Assembly: GCA_964016885.1 (NCBI GenBank) | Contig: OZ024742.1 | Coordinates: forward strand, 146,940,001 to 147,004,000 | Direction of reading: 5' to 3' | Length of the DNA stretch: 64,000 nucleotides | From: Eledone cirrhosa | Taxonomy: Eukaryota | Shown: positions 53,226 through 64,000 of the stretch, one piece after another | Position numbering within the stretch: the stretch's first letter is position 1 | Layout of the letters: each line of letters begins with the position of its first letter | Made by a program: the position numbers and the translations under genes | Notes under the pieces: model-generated | Seen by the model: only the letters and a program-made list of their open reading frames with translations | What the model was told of the DNA's origin: nothing | The model's database searches: none

Positions 53226-53441
53226 GTACATTGACTGTTAATAAAACTAAATAAAATTGGCAATGATTGAGGTTTTTGTGTGTTTTCAACTAATCTCACA
53301 TTTGACATCCTTGCCATCAACTTTTTCTCTGTAAACGGAATTGGGAGGACGAGATGTTGCTGCTCTTTCTAGCACATAACTCTGTGGTAGGTACTATTGC
53401 TGGTTTGTACATTCACATAATTTCTCTATCTATATCGCTCT

Positions 53442-53821
53442 ACTGATTCTTTTTTTTAAAATACCACTTTGGAAGAAGAATCAGGATGGAGAGAGAGGTG
53501 CTGTACCCCAGCAAGTTTTATGAAAGGTGGGTGAAAGTGGCGAGAATGGCCCCAGTGAATGGGCCTTCTCTCTATATCAGCCTGTAGGTTGAGGAAAAAG
53601 AGGAGGAGAGGAAAGGAGTACAAACTCTTCGTACTCCTGAAGATGAGAGTTGCACATTTTTTTCGGCGGTATGTGTTACCCATATGAACTGTTTCCCCCT
53701 ATTGGGGAAAATCGACTAATTTTTAAATTACATTTGTGATATTTTACACGTTTTTATTGTATGGAAACTTCCCCCTTTGTATTTGTCCCCTTCTTTTCTG
53801 CCCCTGTGGCTAATAAAGAAA
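53442..53821 (+). mobile_element. 5'-truncated copy of the Tx1 LINE 3' end
   Basis: Near-identical to 38585-38966. Confidence 0.92.
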
Positions 53822-54004
53822 CATATCTATATCTCTCTATCTCACTCTATTTCTCTCTATCTCACTTATTGTCACTCTATCTAGCTATCTCCCTCAATGT
53901 CTCTCTGTCTATCTCTCTTTATGTCTCTCATTATCTCTTTATCTTTCTCTCTCAACATCTCTCTATTTCTAAGTGTCTTTCTCTACTAGTATATATGTCT
54001 TTCT

Positions 54005-54070
<66 letters not shown>

Positions 54071-54109
54071 GTAGCTGTATATGTGTCTCTCACTCTTTCT
54101 GTAAATCTA

Positions 54110-55005
54110 CTTCTTCTTCTTCTTCACCCACTTATTCCTGAGAGGGTCATGGGGGCAGAGTCCTCAAACACTTCTTCCAGCAGGTCTTATCAGAAGCAAC
54201 TGTCTCCAACTGATCTGGCTGGATCCCCAAGCGAGATCAACCAAGCTCATGGATGTTATCAAACCATCTTGCTCAGGGTCTACCCCTGGGTCTCCTACCA
54301 GTTGGTTTTGCCTGTAAAATCTGTCCAGCAATTCTTTCCAGAGACATTCTAACCACATGCTTGTAGTATCGGAGCTGTGGTCTCTCAATTCGGAGTAGTA
54401 GTGGCTCTACACAGAGTGACTCTCTGATCTCCAAGCTACGCACTCTATCGAGTGACATTACACCAAAGACCCTTTGGAGGAACCCCATTTCTGCTGCATG
54501 TATTTGTAATTGTATTCTTTCGGTCATTATCCAAGCTTCATGACCATGGGTAAGGGTTGGCATGAATACCAAATTGAAGATAGTGAGTTTTGCTTTTACA
54601 TCTACCTCCCTTCTTCTGATTACTGAATGCTGGGGCTCGTGCATTACTGCACCAGCTTTTGCAATGTTTGCACTTAATTCAGCCTCCTGCCTTCTATCAC
54701 TAGTGAACACAGCACCAAGATACTTGAACATCTCTACCTGCTTCAGTGGAACTCCATTCACATGTCGTGCACTGCGCAGGCTTCCTTGAAAGAATGAGTG
54801 TCTCAGTTTTCTTCACAGCACTGATTTTCATTCCACCCATGTATGCAAGCACTCAACATCAAACCTGTGAAGTGCAAGACGAAGACACCTTCTGTCGAGT
54901 TAAGTAACACTATGTCGTCTGCAAATTTCAGCCAACTTATTTCACACCTGCCATCTGTGATACCTCTTCCAACCTGGCTGCGCATGTCAATCCTGCTCAT
55001 GAAAA
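54110..55005 (-). pseudogene. Second RTE family (Rex3/Expander-like) 3' fragment
   Basis: FADD, FKYLG, HEAW, AAEMGFL, RPRGRP; (AAG)n tail. Confidence 0.8.
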
Positions 55006-55316
55006 TAATGTATGTCTAAATATATATATATATATGTATATATACACAAATAACGAATCAAAACATATTAAATATGTTATATATATATATATATGTGTGT
55101 GTGTGTATATATACATAGAATCCATACCAAAATGGAACATAATTCAAGCCATGGCCATCTGACATATTTCGCTTTAGAATATGATAACCCACCCAACACA
55201 TGCCAGTGGGGAAAACAGATGTAAAAAAAGATGATAATATATATATACATATGTAGTTCAATTCTTGTTCATTTTGCTGATTGGTTCATCATCATTACTA
55301 TTACTATAGTCATTAT

Positions 55317-55509
55317 GGCATAGGTGAATTGGCAGTATTGGTAGAGGGTCGGACACCATGCTTTCTAGCATAGTTACGTCCCTTTACGGGTCTGAGTTCA
55401 AATCCCGTCGAGGTTAACTTTGCCTTTCATCCTTACAGGGTCGATAAAATAAAGTACCAGTAATGCGCTGAGTAATTGCTGGCCTTGTGCCAAAAGTAGA
55501 AACAATTAT
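55317..55509 (+). mobile_element. tRNA-derived Meta-like SINE with TSD
   Basis: A and B boxes; TSD tatagtcattatg at 55305 and 55510. Confidence 0.9.
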
Positions 55510-55989
55510 TATAGTCATTATGATGGTGAATTCCTGTACTTTTGAATACAGCAGGCATAAATTGCTACTGTCCAAACTCAAAGGTATCACCAAACTTGAT
55601 ATCTAATCGTGTGCTATCAAATTATACTTTAAACTTCAGTCACTTTTCTCCAAAAACCTGAAAGAACACTCCCAAATGTTTGCCACAAAATTAGCAAAAA
55701 ATTTGATGCCTAATCATGTTTTCTTCCACAACTTATCAAATTGTACTTCAAGTATATATCAATCTGACACACATTTTTTGTATAAAACTGAAATAGATTC
55801 CCATCTTTCTACACTTTTGAAAATCATAACCTCATAAACTATTGTAAATAAACCTGAAAGACTCCAATTGCATTTTCAACTCCTTTTTCCTATATTTTTA
55901 CCTGTGTGGGGCATATTAAAAAACCTTACTTTCATATATATATAGTAAGAGAAAACAAAGAGCGCTTATAACATCAATCAATTTTTATT

Positions 55990-56036
55990 CGCTGACAGTG
56001 TTTCATCCATACCATGGAGCAGGACTCATCAGAGCA
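55990..56036 (-). ncRNA. Type I hammerhead ribozyme motif (GUC site)
   Basis: Minus strand: tgct-CTGATGA-gtcc(13 nt)ggat-GAAA-cactg-TC-agcg, then AATAAA; same family as 31383-31440. Confidence 0.8.
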
Positions 56037-56643
56037 TTGAAAACAAAAATACAATAATGAAGATAAGCTCTACCGACCTACATCATAAGAACAATAGATA
56101 TATGGTACAGGATCATAGGATAATAGTAAGAATGGAGATGATACATAATAAGGTTGTAATCAGAGTAAGGAAAAATAAGGAAAAATAAGGAAAAATAAGG
56201 AAAAATAAAATAAACTGAAGTAATCACACAAGAGATACATGCATGTGAAGGAATCAGTCAAGGCGATAAAGAAAAAAGAAAGAATACTCAAAAATAACAA
56301 TGTTTGAGGCAAATCCGGCAAGGGGAACAAAAAACATATATATATCGTCAGTAGATGGTAACTCACGAAATTTCACAACATATATAGACACATGTATATA
56401 TATATATCCTTCATAGATGGTATTCCAGTCCCGTTCATACATCCACATGTACGTATCATAACGTATGGTACTATATGTTATGAGCCGGTGTTCAAATCGA
56501 AATCCTCATATAATTAGTGCTACAGATTGCGGTATTATACTATTCACATCTAATTCCGTGTTCCGCGGGTATTATTGTCCGAGCATTGCATAAACACACA
56601 TTATAGCAGTAGCTTGTTGACTATTCACATGAAGCACGTGGTT

Positions 56644-57263
56644 AGACAAACAAACTTAAAATATAATTGTTTCTACTTTTTGGCACAAGGCCAGCAATTA
56701 TCCAGTGTATTACTGGTACTTTATTTTATCGACCCCGTAAGGATGAAAGGCAAAGTCAACCTCGGCGGGATTTGAACTCAGATCGTAAAGGGACGTAACT
56801 ATGCTGGAAAGCATGGCGTCCGATCCTCTACCGATACTGCCAATAATACCAACTTAAAATATAATATAATATAACATGACATATAACATGACATATAAAA
56901 TATACAAGTGTACAGACCGAATCAGTAATTCTGCCAAGCTCAACTGTGAGTCAATAAACACAGTTGCGCTTGGCAGAATTACTGATTCGGTCTGTACACT
57001 TGTATATTTTATATGTCATGTTATATGTCATGTTATATTATATTATATTTTAAGTTGGTATTATTGGCAGTATCGGTAGAGGGTCGGACGCCATGCTTTC
57101 CAGCATAGTTACGTCCCTTTACGATCTGAGTTCAAATCCCGCCGAGGTTGACTTTGCCTTTCATCCTTACGGGGTCGATAAAATAAAGTACCAGTAATGC
57201 ACTTGTTAATTGCTGGCCTTGTGCCTAAAGTAGAAACAATTATATTTTAAGTTGGTTGTGTCT
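56644..57263. repeat. 620-bp near-perfect palindrome with a SINE in each arm
   Basis: Arms 56644-56948 and 56959-57263; 10-nt loop. Confidence 0.95.
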
Positions 57264-57265
57264 AT

Positions 57266-57937
57266 ATCATCATCATCATCGTTTAATGTCCGTGTTCCAC
57301 GCTTGCATGGGTTTGGACGGAAGTATTCCCACTTGAGGCAAGAGTGGTTGTCTTGCTCGCATAGGACTGTCTGGCGGGTTTTCTACGGCTGGATGCCCTT
57401 CCTAACACCAACCACGTTTACAGTGTGGACTGGGATGTTTTTACCGTGTTACCTACACGGCCACATTACAGCGTGGATTGTGTGTTTTTTTTGTCGTGAC
57501 ACCTACACGACCTCATTTGTTTCGGACTGGATGTTGTGGTATAACTTTACATTGAAGGGGGTGGTGTGGATGTAGTGGGACGGGGGTGTATTTTGTTAGA
57601 GATGCCTACTGACTGTAGTAGGTTTCACTTTGTACTTAGGTAAGGCGGGTCTTCTCTATTACTGTGTAGCGCCAAAGATCTCGGTCCAGTGACATTGTCT
57701 TGGAGAGGTGTAAGTGTGTGAGGTCGGAATTTATCAAGTCGTCCCAGGTTTTTCTGAGTGTGCCTACTCCGTGGCTACCGTCTATTTTTATTGCCCTGCA
57801 CTTTTTTATACAGCTGTCGTCTTTCATGCGCATCAGTGATCATACCAACGTAGTCTTCTCTCGAGTAAACAACATCTGATCCCTCTTATTTCTAATTTTT
57901 CCCTTAGTTCGTTTATGCTTTGCCGTTCACGTATACA
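57266..57937 (-). mobile_element. 5'-truncated RTE LINE 3' end
   Basis: IRERQSINELRE...RLRWY...KTRL*; 3' UTR; (ATG)n tail. Confidence 0.92.
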
Positions 57938-58864
57938 TGTGAAATTTCGTGAGTTACCATCTACTGACGATATATATATGTTTTTTGTTCCCCTTGCCGG
58001 ATTTGCCTCAAACATTGTTTAAACCATGTATGAACTGTCTGTTATGAATTTCTCGTTGTGAATTGACTACTTCAGCTTCTTCTATACACTTACCCTGCTT
58101 TGCTTGTGTTCCTGCTTCTGCCTGTGCTGTACCCATCCTTATGCAAGACTAACACCTCTTCTCTGCACAGCTCCACTATCTTATGGTTACCCTAACCGTG
58201 CTGAATTTGGAGAATACTAAATCCCCTCTGAACCATACTTTAAGAGCTACATAGCACTTCTCTATATGACATCCGATTGATGCCTAGTCCTATTGTAATT
58301 TATCTGCTGTAATTTATCTACTTTGACAACTGTAATATTCGAGTGCACTGTGTGGCTCACCCTGAGAAACTATAGGATATAAGACTCTTTGTCATGGGAA
58401 ATCATCTGGCCTAGGCATCAATTGGGGTGTCATATGGGTGTCATATTCAACTGTGACCAATACATGATTCCTCTCCTTGCGTTTGTGTGCCCTCATATGC
58501 ATCTATGCATTGCCCTCTCTCTTGTTAATCATTTTGTTAAATATATATTTTTTAATTATTCTTTTAATTTAATTTCGATTTTTTTTTTAATTTTTTTTTT
58601 TATTATTTTTAATTATTATTTTTAATTATTATTTTTAATTATTATTTTTAATTATTTTTTAATATATATTTTTTTAATATATTTTTAATATATATATTTT
58701 TTTAATATCTTTAATTTTTTTTTTTTTTTTATTTCTTTTTTTTTCTTTTCTTTTTTTTTTTTTTTTTTTTTTTTCAATTATAATATACGGCTCAGAAATA
58801 TCTCTTTCTTAGAGCTATTTTGTTGTAAGAGACTATTTTGAGTTCCTAACTCAATATATACCTT

Positions 58865-58926
<62 letters not shown>

Positions 58927-58932
<6 letters not shown>

Positions 58933-59810
58933 ATACTTGGGGAGGGTCATATTTGTGTAATATTGCCAGAATTAATAACAGAACACACTCACTGTTTGGT
59001 TGGTTTTCGCTTCTCGCTTCTGTGTCTTTTATATCCGTAATTTAACTTACTTGGTCCTCAATGTTGCCATTGACTGACCGACGGTCAAAAATAATACAGA
59101 TACAATATAGACAAACACATATATATAGTTTATCATAAATCTTTCGTTGCACATCTGCAACATCGTCAGTGGTGCTATATTTTCCTCCTGTTGTATTGTA
59201 TGTCTACGCCATTTTTATTCAGTCCAATGAATGGAATAACAACAACACCCAAACAAACAACACTGACCTAAGAGAAGTATAAATAAGTAAATAAAATAAA
59301 ATAAATAAATAAATACATACACAAGCACAATAACAACAAGCACATAAACACACACTAGTCACCCATCACACAGCAAACAAAACACTATACACACACGTAA
59401 ACACATGCGCAAAGAAGACAAAATAAAATAAACAAACAAGCAAATAAATAAATAAATATATAGACAGACTGAATAAAAATGGCGTAGACATACAATACAA
59501 CAGGAGGAAAATATAGCACCACTGACGATGTTGCAGATGTGCAATGAAAGATTTATGATAAACTATATATATGTGTTTGTGTCTATATTGTATCTGTATT
59601 ATTTTTGACCGTCGGTCAGTCAATGGCAACATTGAGGACCGAGTAAGTTAGATTACCGATATAAAAGACACAGAAGCGAGAAGCGAAAACCAACCAAACA
59701 GTGAGTGTGTTCTGTTATTAATTCTGGCAATATTACACAAATATCACCCTCCCCAAGTATAACAATATTTGTTTCGACACACGATTTCATATAAAAAACC
59801 TCGCAAAACT
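58927..59810 (+). mobile_element. Truncated Penelope-like element with inverted 5' pLTR
   Basis: 59226-59282 encodes NEWNNNNTQTNNTDLREV* (end of the GIY-YIG ORF); 58927-59223 is an inverted copy of about 59468-59768; hammerhead cores at 59163-59169(-) and 59522-59528(+). Confidence 0.9.
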
Positions 59811-59847
59811 ATATATATATATACATTTTATTAATATATATATATAT

Positions 59848-60026
59848 ATATTCATTTTATTAAGACTCAATTGTTACACTGAAGTTTTGCCTGTTTATCA
59901 CAGGGTCATCAGACAAGAACAGGCGAAACTCTAAAGAAACAAAACTCACTATTTAGTCTTAATAAAATGAATATTTAATCACTACTTTGATGTCGAGTAC
60001 TATTTTCCCTCAACTGTCAACCACAC
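59848..60026. mobile_element. Fold-back hammerhead element, same family as 41253-41480
   Basis: Minus strand 59871-59917: cttgt-CTGATGA-ccctgt gataa acaggc-AAAA...TA-acaa; shared tail ...gagta...tcaaccaca. Confidence 0.7.
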
Positions 60027-60597
60027 ATATATATATATATAGATACCCTTATACGATGACCATTTAGTAGCTTTATACCTCACCATAATCTCTCTGTATT
60101 TTCATTGTAATCATTTAATAACTGCTTCATCATAAATTGATGCAAGTGAACACCTCAATGAATTTGTCTGAGAGATATGACCTGAATGTTTACTTACTAA
60201 TTGGTATTCATTATAAATATATTCATAGTCACAGTGAGATAGTTTGACACGCACGTACACACACAAACACACTCTCACATATACACACACACACACACAT
60301 ATATATATATATTCTGGAATTTGGTGAGGGTCTTCAACATAACATTCTTTATTTCATAATTAAATCACACAATGACATTCTTTGACATTCTATAGATTTA
60401 CTTGTAATTAACAAATAACAATTAACAAACCAAACTACTTTCACTAACTACTAATTAATAAAACATTTTTTTTTTTTTGTTTATTCCATTCTGAAATATA
60501 CACACAAACCAAAATATTTGTAAAGTAATTCTTTTTATTCTTTTATGCTTTTACTGGTTTCAGTCATTAGATTGTGGACATGTGGTGGGAAGCACCA

Positions 60598-61033
60598 TTA
60601 AACCTTTAGCATTTACATTACTCTATATATACTGTTGTATTTTCACAGTAAAGGCTTTACCTCACATAATTATCTCACATAAAATCGAATCTACGAGATT
60701 TTGATATTTATTTTGAGAACAATACCTTAACATTGGTATGAGTGGCCAGTTATGGCCGGTTTGAACAGAAAGAGGTGAGAGAATTCTGGCCGGATATGGC
60801 TGGTTTAAATGCTAAAGGGTTAAACCGGCCATATCCAGCCAGAATTCTCTCACCTCTTTCTATTCAAACTGGCTGTAACCAGCCACTCATACCGATGTTA
60901 AGGTATTGTTCTCAAAATAAATAATATCAAAATCTCATAGATTTGATATTATATGAGATAATTATGTGAGGTAAAGCCTTTACTGTGAAAATACAACAGT
61001 ATATTTAGCGCAGTGTAAATGATAAAGGGTTAA
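60598..61033. mobile_element. Inverted pair of piggyBac MITE family A copies
   Basis: 60598-60823(+) joined at a TTAA to 60824-61033(-). Confidence 0.88.
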
Positions 61034-61646
61034 GGGATTTAGTTGATCATGTTAACCCCAGTGCTTATTTTTAACTACTTAAATTAGAGTCTATTTTTTT
61101 ATGTTTTTACTGTTTAGTCAGAAGTGAAGGGCAGTGCCCATGGTCAGTTTGAGGACATCTGAGACTGGTAGTAAGGAAATATTCTCAAACTTGAAACCTG
61201 GCCTAAATATTTACACCAGAATAGACTCCACTAAAGTTACTTATGGGCCCAGGTGGTGGTGTTAAGTGAGGAGACAGATTAAGTCTAGCACCCACATTGA
61301 GATTTGAACTCAGAATGCAAAGAGCCAGAACAAATACTGTAAGCTATCTCATTCAACATTCTAATAATTCCACCAATCCACTACTCTGGACAGGACTTAT
61401 TTTATTGACCTTGAAAGGGAGGAAATACAAAGTTGACTTTGGCAGCATTTGGACTCAGTGCACAGAGAATCAAAAGAGATACAACACATTTTTTTCCTAT
61501 GCTTTAACAACTCTGCCAATTCACTGAATATTGAAGGAATAAGTAAAAGTTTTATTTTGAAGTGATTCTCTATTAATCTTTAATTCTTTTATTGGTTGAA
61601 CTTCTAAGTTATGGAACATAAACAAACAGTAATCATATGGACACAC

Positions 61647-61736
<90 letters not shown>

Positions 61737-61842
61737 GCATAATCCTGACCACAGAGCCCATGGTCAGGATTATACCTATCTCTATTACCCCATGCATTGA
61801 GTACTCCCATGATTGTGGTCTCTTCGGTCTCAGCATTGCAGA

Positions 61843-61946
<104 letters not shown>

Positions 61947-62440
61947 ATTATTTATATCATAATCTAATTTAGCAAGCAAAATGTTGAGAGGAATCTTCAG
62001 TTGTGTCATAGACATGACAACCTCCCTGGTGTTGATGATTTCCATGACAAACATACCCAGTACACTCAGTAAAGTGGTTGTTAATAGGAAGGGCATCCAG
62101 CCATAGAAAATTTACCAAACAAAGGGCCATAGACATTACAAATTCCCTAGTGTTGGTGATCTACACGATAAATGATCACCCAATACACTCTGTAAAGTGG
62201 TTGGTGATGAGAAGAGCATCTAGTCACAGAAAACTTGCCAAAGAAAGGGTCTGGAAAACTCTTTATGTCAAAAACATAACTTCCCTAGTGTTAATGCTAT
62301 GATAAAATGCACTCAGTAGAGCACAGGATATGTCAGGTCCCCAGCCCACATGCAGGTGAAGGGCTCTGCTAGAATACTGACCAGTTTGTCAAACATGCCC
62401 AGCCCTTGCTAGTAGGGATAATGGGCATTAAATGATGATG

Positions 62441-62481
<41 letters not shown>

Positions 62482-63280
62482 CAACTAATGCCCTTGTGAG
62501 TGAATTGGTCAGATAGGAACTCTGAAAACTTGTAGTTTTTATTTGTTTGTGTATGTTTTCACATTTATAATACTATTAAGTCAGTGAATCTCTCTACAAT
62601 ACTGAAAAGTATGGATTGGCATCAGGAAAGGCATTCAGCCATAGAAATTTGTCATGGATAAAGTAAAGCAGGACAACAGACTTCCATACAGTTTCTGTCT
62701 ACCAAATTTCTCTCAAAATATATTGGGCAACCTGAGGCTGTAGTAGAAGAGACTTGTCCAAGGTGCTATCAATAGGACTGAATCCTAAACCATGTAGTTG
62801 TAAAGTGAACTCCTTAACCACAAATCCATGCTTGTGTCTAATTTGTAGGAAAAATAAAAATAGAATTTGTGCTTATGTGAATGTTAAAATGTTGGTGTTT
62901 TTTTTTTGTTTTTTTTTGGGGGGGGGGGGGGGGGGTTCTTATATGAGCTAACAAGACATTAAGAAATGTAAATAAACTGTCAAATTGATAAATTTGTTCC
63001 TCTAATTCTGTTTATGCAAGACACTTAGTAACTGTAGATTATATGTAAATGTGAAACAGGTATCATCATGATCATCATAATCCTCCTCTTCCTCCACCAC
63101 CTCCTCCTCATCATCATCATCACCATCACCACCACCACCACAATGACAACTACCACCACCACAACAACAACCACCACCACCACCACAACAACAACCACCC
63201 CCACCACAACAACAACCACCACCACCATCATCTTCTTTATCTTCATCATCATCATCATCATCATCATCATCTTCTTTATC

Positions 63281-63314
<34 letters not shown>

Positions 63315-63469
63315 ACGAGTAGATACACACACACACACATGCACACATATATATATGTATATGTATATTTATATACATGTGAAGGTGCATGGATTAGTGG
63401 TAAAAGTGTTTGGCTCACAATCTTATGGTCACAAGTTTGATTCCTTGACTTGGTTGCTTGTTGTGTTTA

Positions 63470-63851
63470 TATAGTAAAACACTAACAACCAACCGGTAAC
63501 ATGTAAATAAACAAATAAATAAACGAATATAAAAACACACACACAGACACCCGGATGTGGCGCATGCGCAGACTGAGCACACAACACACACACAGAAACA
63601 AAATGGCGTAGGACAGAACAAAGGAGAGGCACAAAAACAAAGAAAAGAATCCCCAGTCACTGAAGAGGTCACAGAATGTGTGACGAAAGAACTTTGACAA
63701 TATATAAACAACTATCTGGTTGTGGAACCAACCAACCAACCAGAAATTTATAAATTCCTAAATTTATAAATTTATTATAATAAATTGAAGTGAAAGCAAC
63801 TGGTGCATGTGTTTCTTATTGGCAACATGACCCTCCCAAAGTATAACAATA
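63470..63851 (+). mobile_element. Penelope-like pLTR (sister family of 25320 / 58927)
   Basis: Same 3' terminus CCCTCCCAAAGTATAACAATA; hammerhead; AAAATGGCG motif. Confidence 0.75.
63656..63698 (+). ncRNA. Type I hammerhead ribozyme motif
   Basis: gtca-CTGAAGA-g-gtcaca gaatg tgtgac-GAAA-gaac-TT-tgac; stems I and II pair perfectly. Confidence 0.85.
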
Positions 63852-64000
63852 ACTTTATTTTATATTGCCCCAGTTCACTGACCTGGCAAAAATGAGTTGT
63901 ACTGATAATTCAAAGGACCAGCTTTTTCACACACTGTATCACACTTAATCCCCCTTATATCTATGATAAAGGTGCACATGTCTATGGAATGCTCAGCCAC

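Noticed and set aside
57960-57985. CTGACGA core (also at 56345 on minus)
   Set aside because: No stem II or GAAA downstream
63002-63418. Acidic/Gly/Cys-rich ORF (similar ones at 30216 and 52340)
   Set aside because: (GAT)n and (GGT)n microsatellite translation

Overview
AT-rich eukaryotic genomic DNA that is almost entirely transposon, microsatellite and satellite sequence. The repeat repertoire resembles an octopus/cephalopod genome (inference). No host gene could be confidently identified, and most short ORFs in the track are microsatellite translations. Recognisable elements: several RTE-clade LINEs with a PHD-like finger inside the RT region (one near-intact 957-aa ORF at 7111-9984) and a partner tRNA-SINE that shares their 3' tail; a degraded R4/Dong-like RT; a near-full-length L1/Tx1 LINE; a decayed Rep/Pif1 Helitron with non-autonomous derivatives; piggyBac- and hAT-type MITEs; Meta-type SINEs; and 10-, 33-, 36- and 70-bp minisatellites. 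The most interesting layer is a dense set of about 13 type-I hammerhead ribozyme motifs (CUGANGA...GAAA...UH), intact or decayed, from at least six sequence families. They lie in Penelope-like (GIY-YIG) terminal repeats and in small non-coding fold-back or tandem elements that sit in or beside (TA)n tracts. One is a 422-nt ribozyme-to-ribozyme tandem (39564-40725) that looks like a retrozyme / circular-RNA template. All RNA folds were read by eye and need computational and biochemical confirmation.
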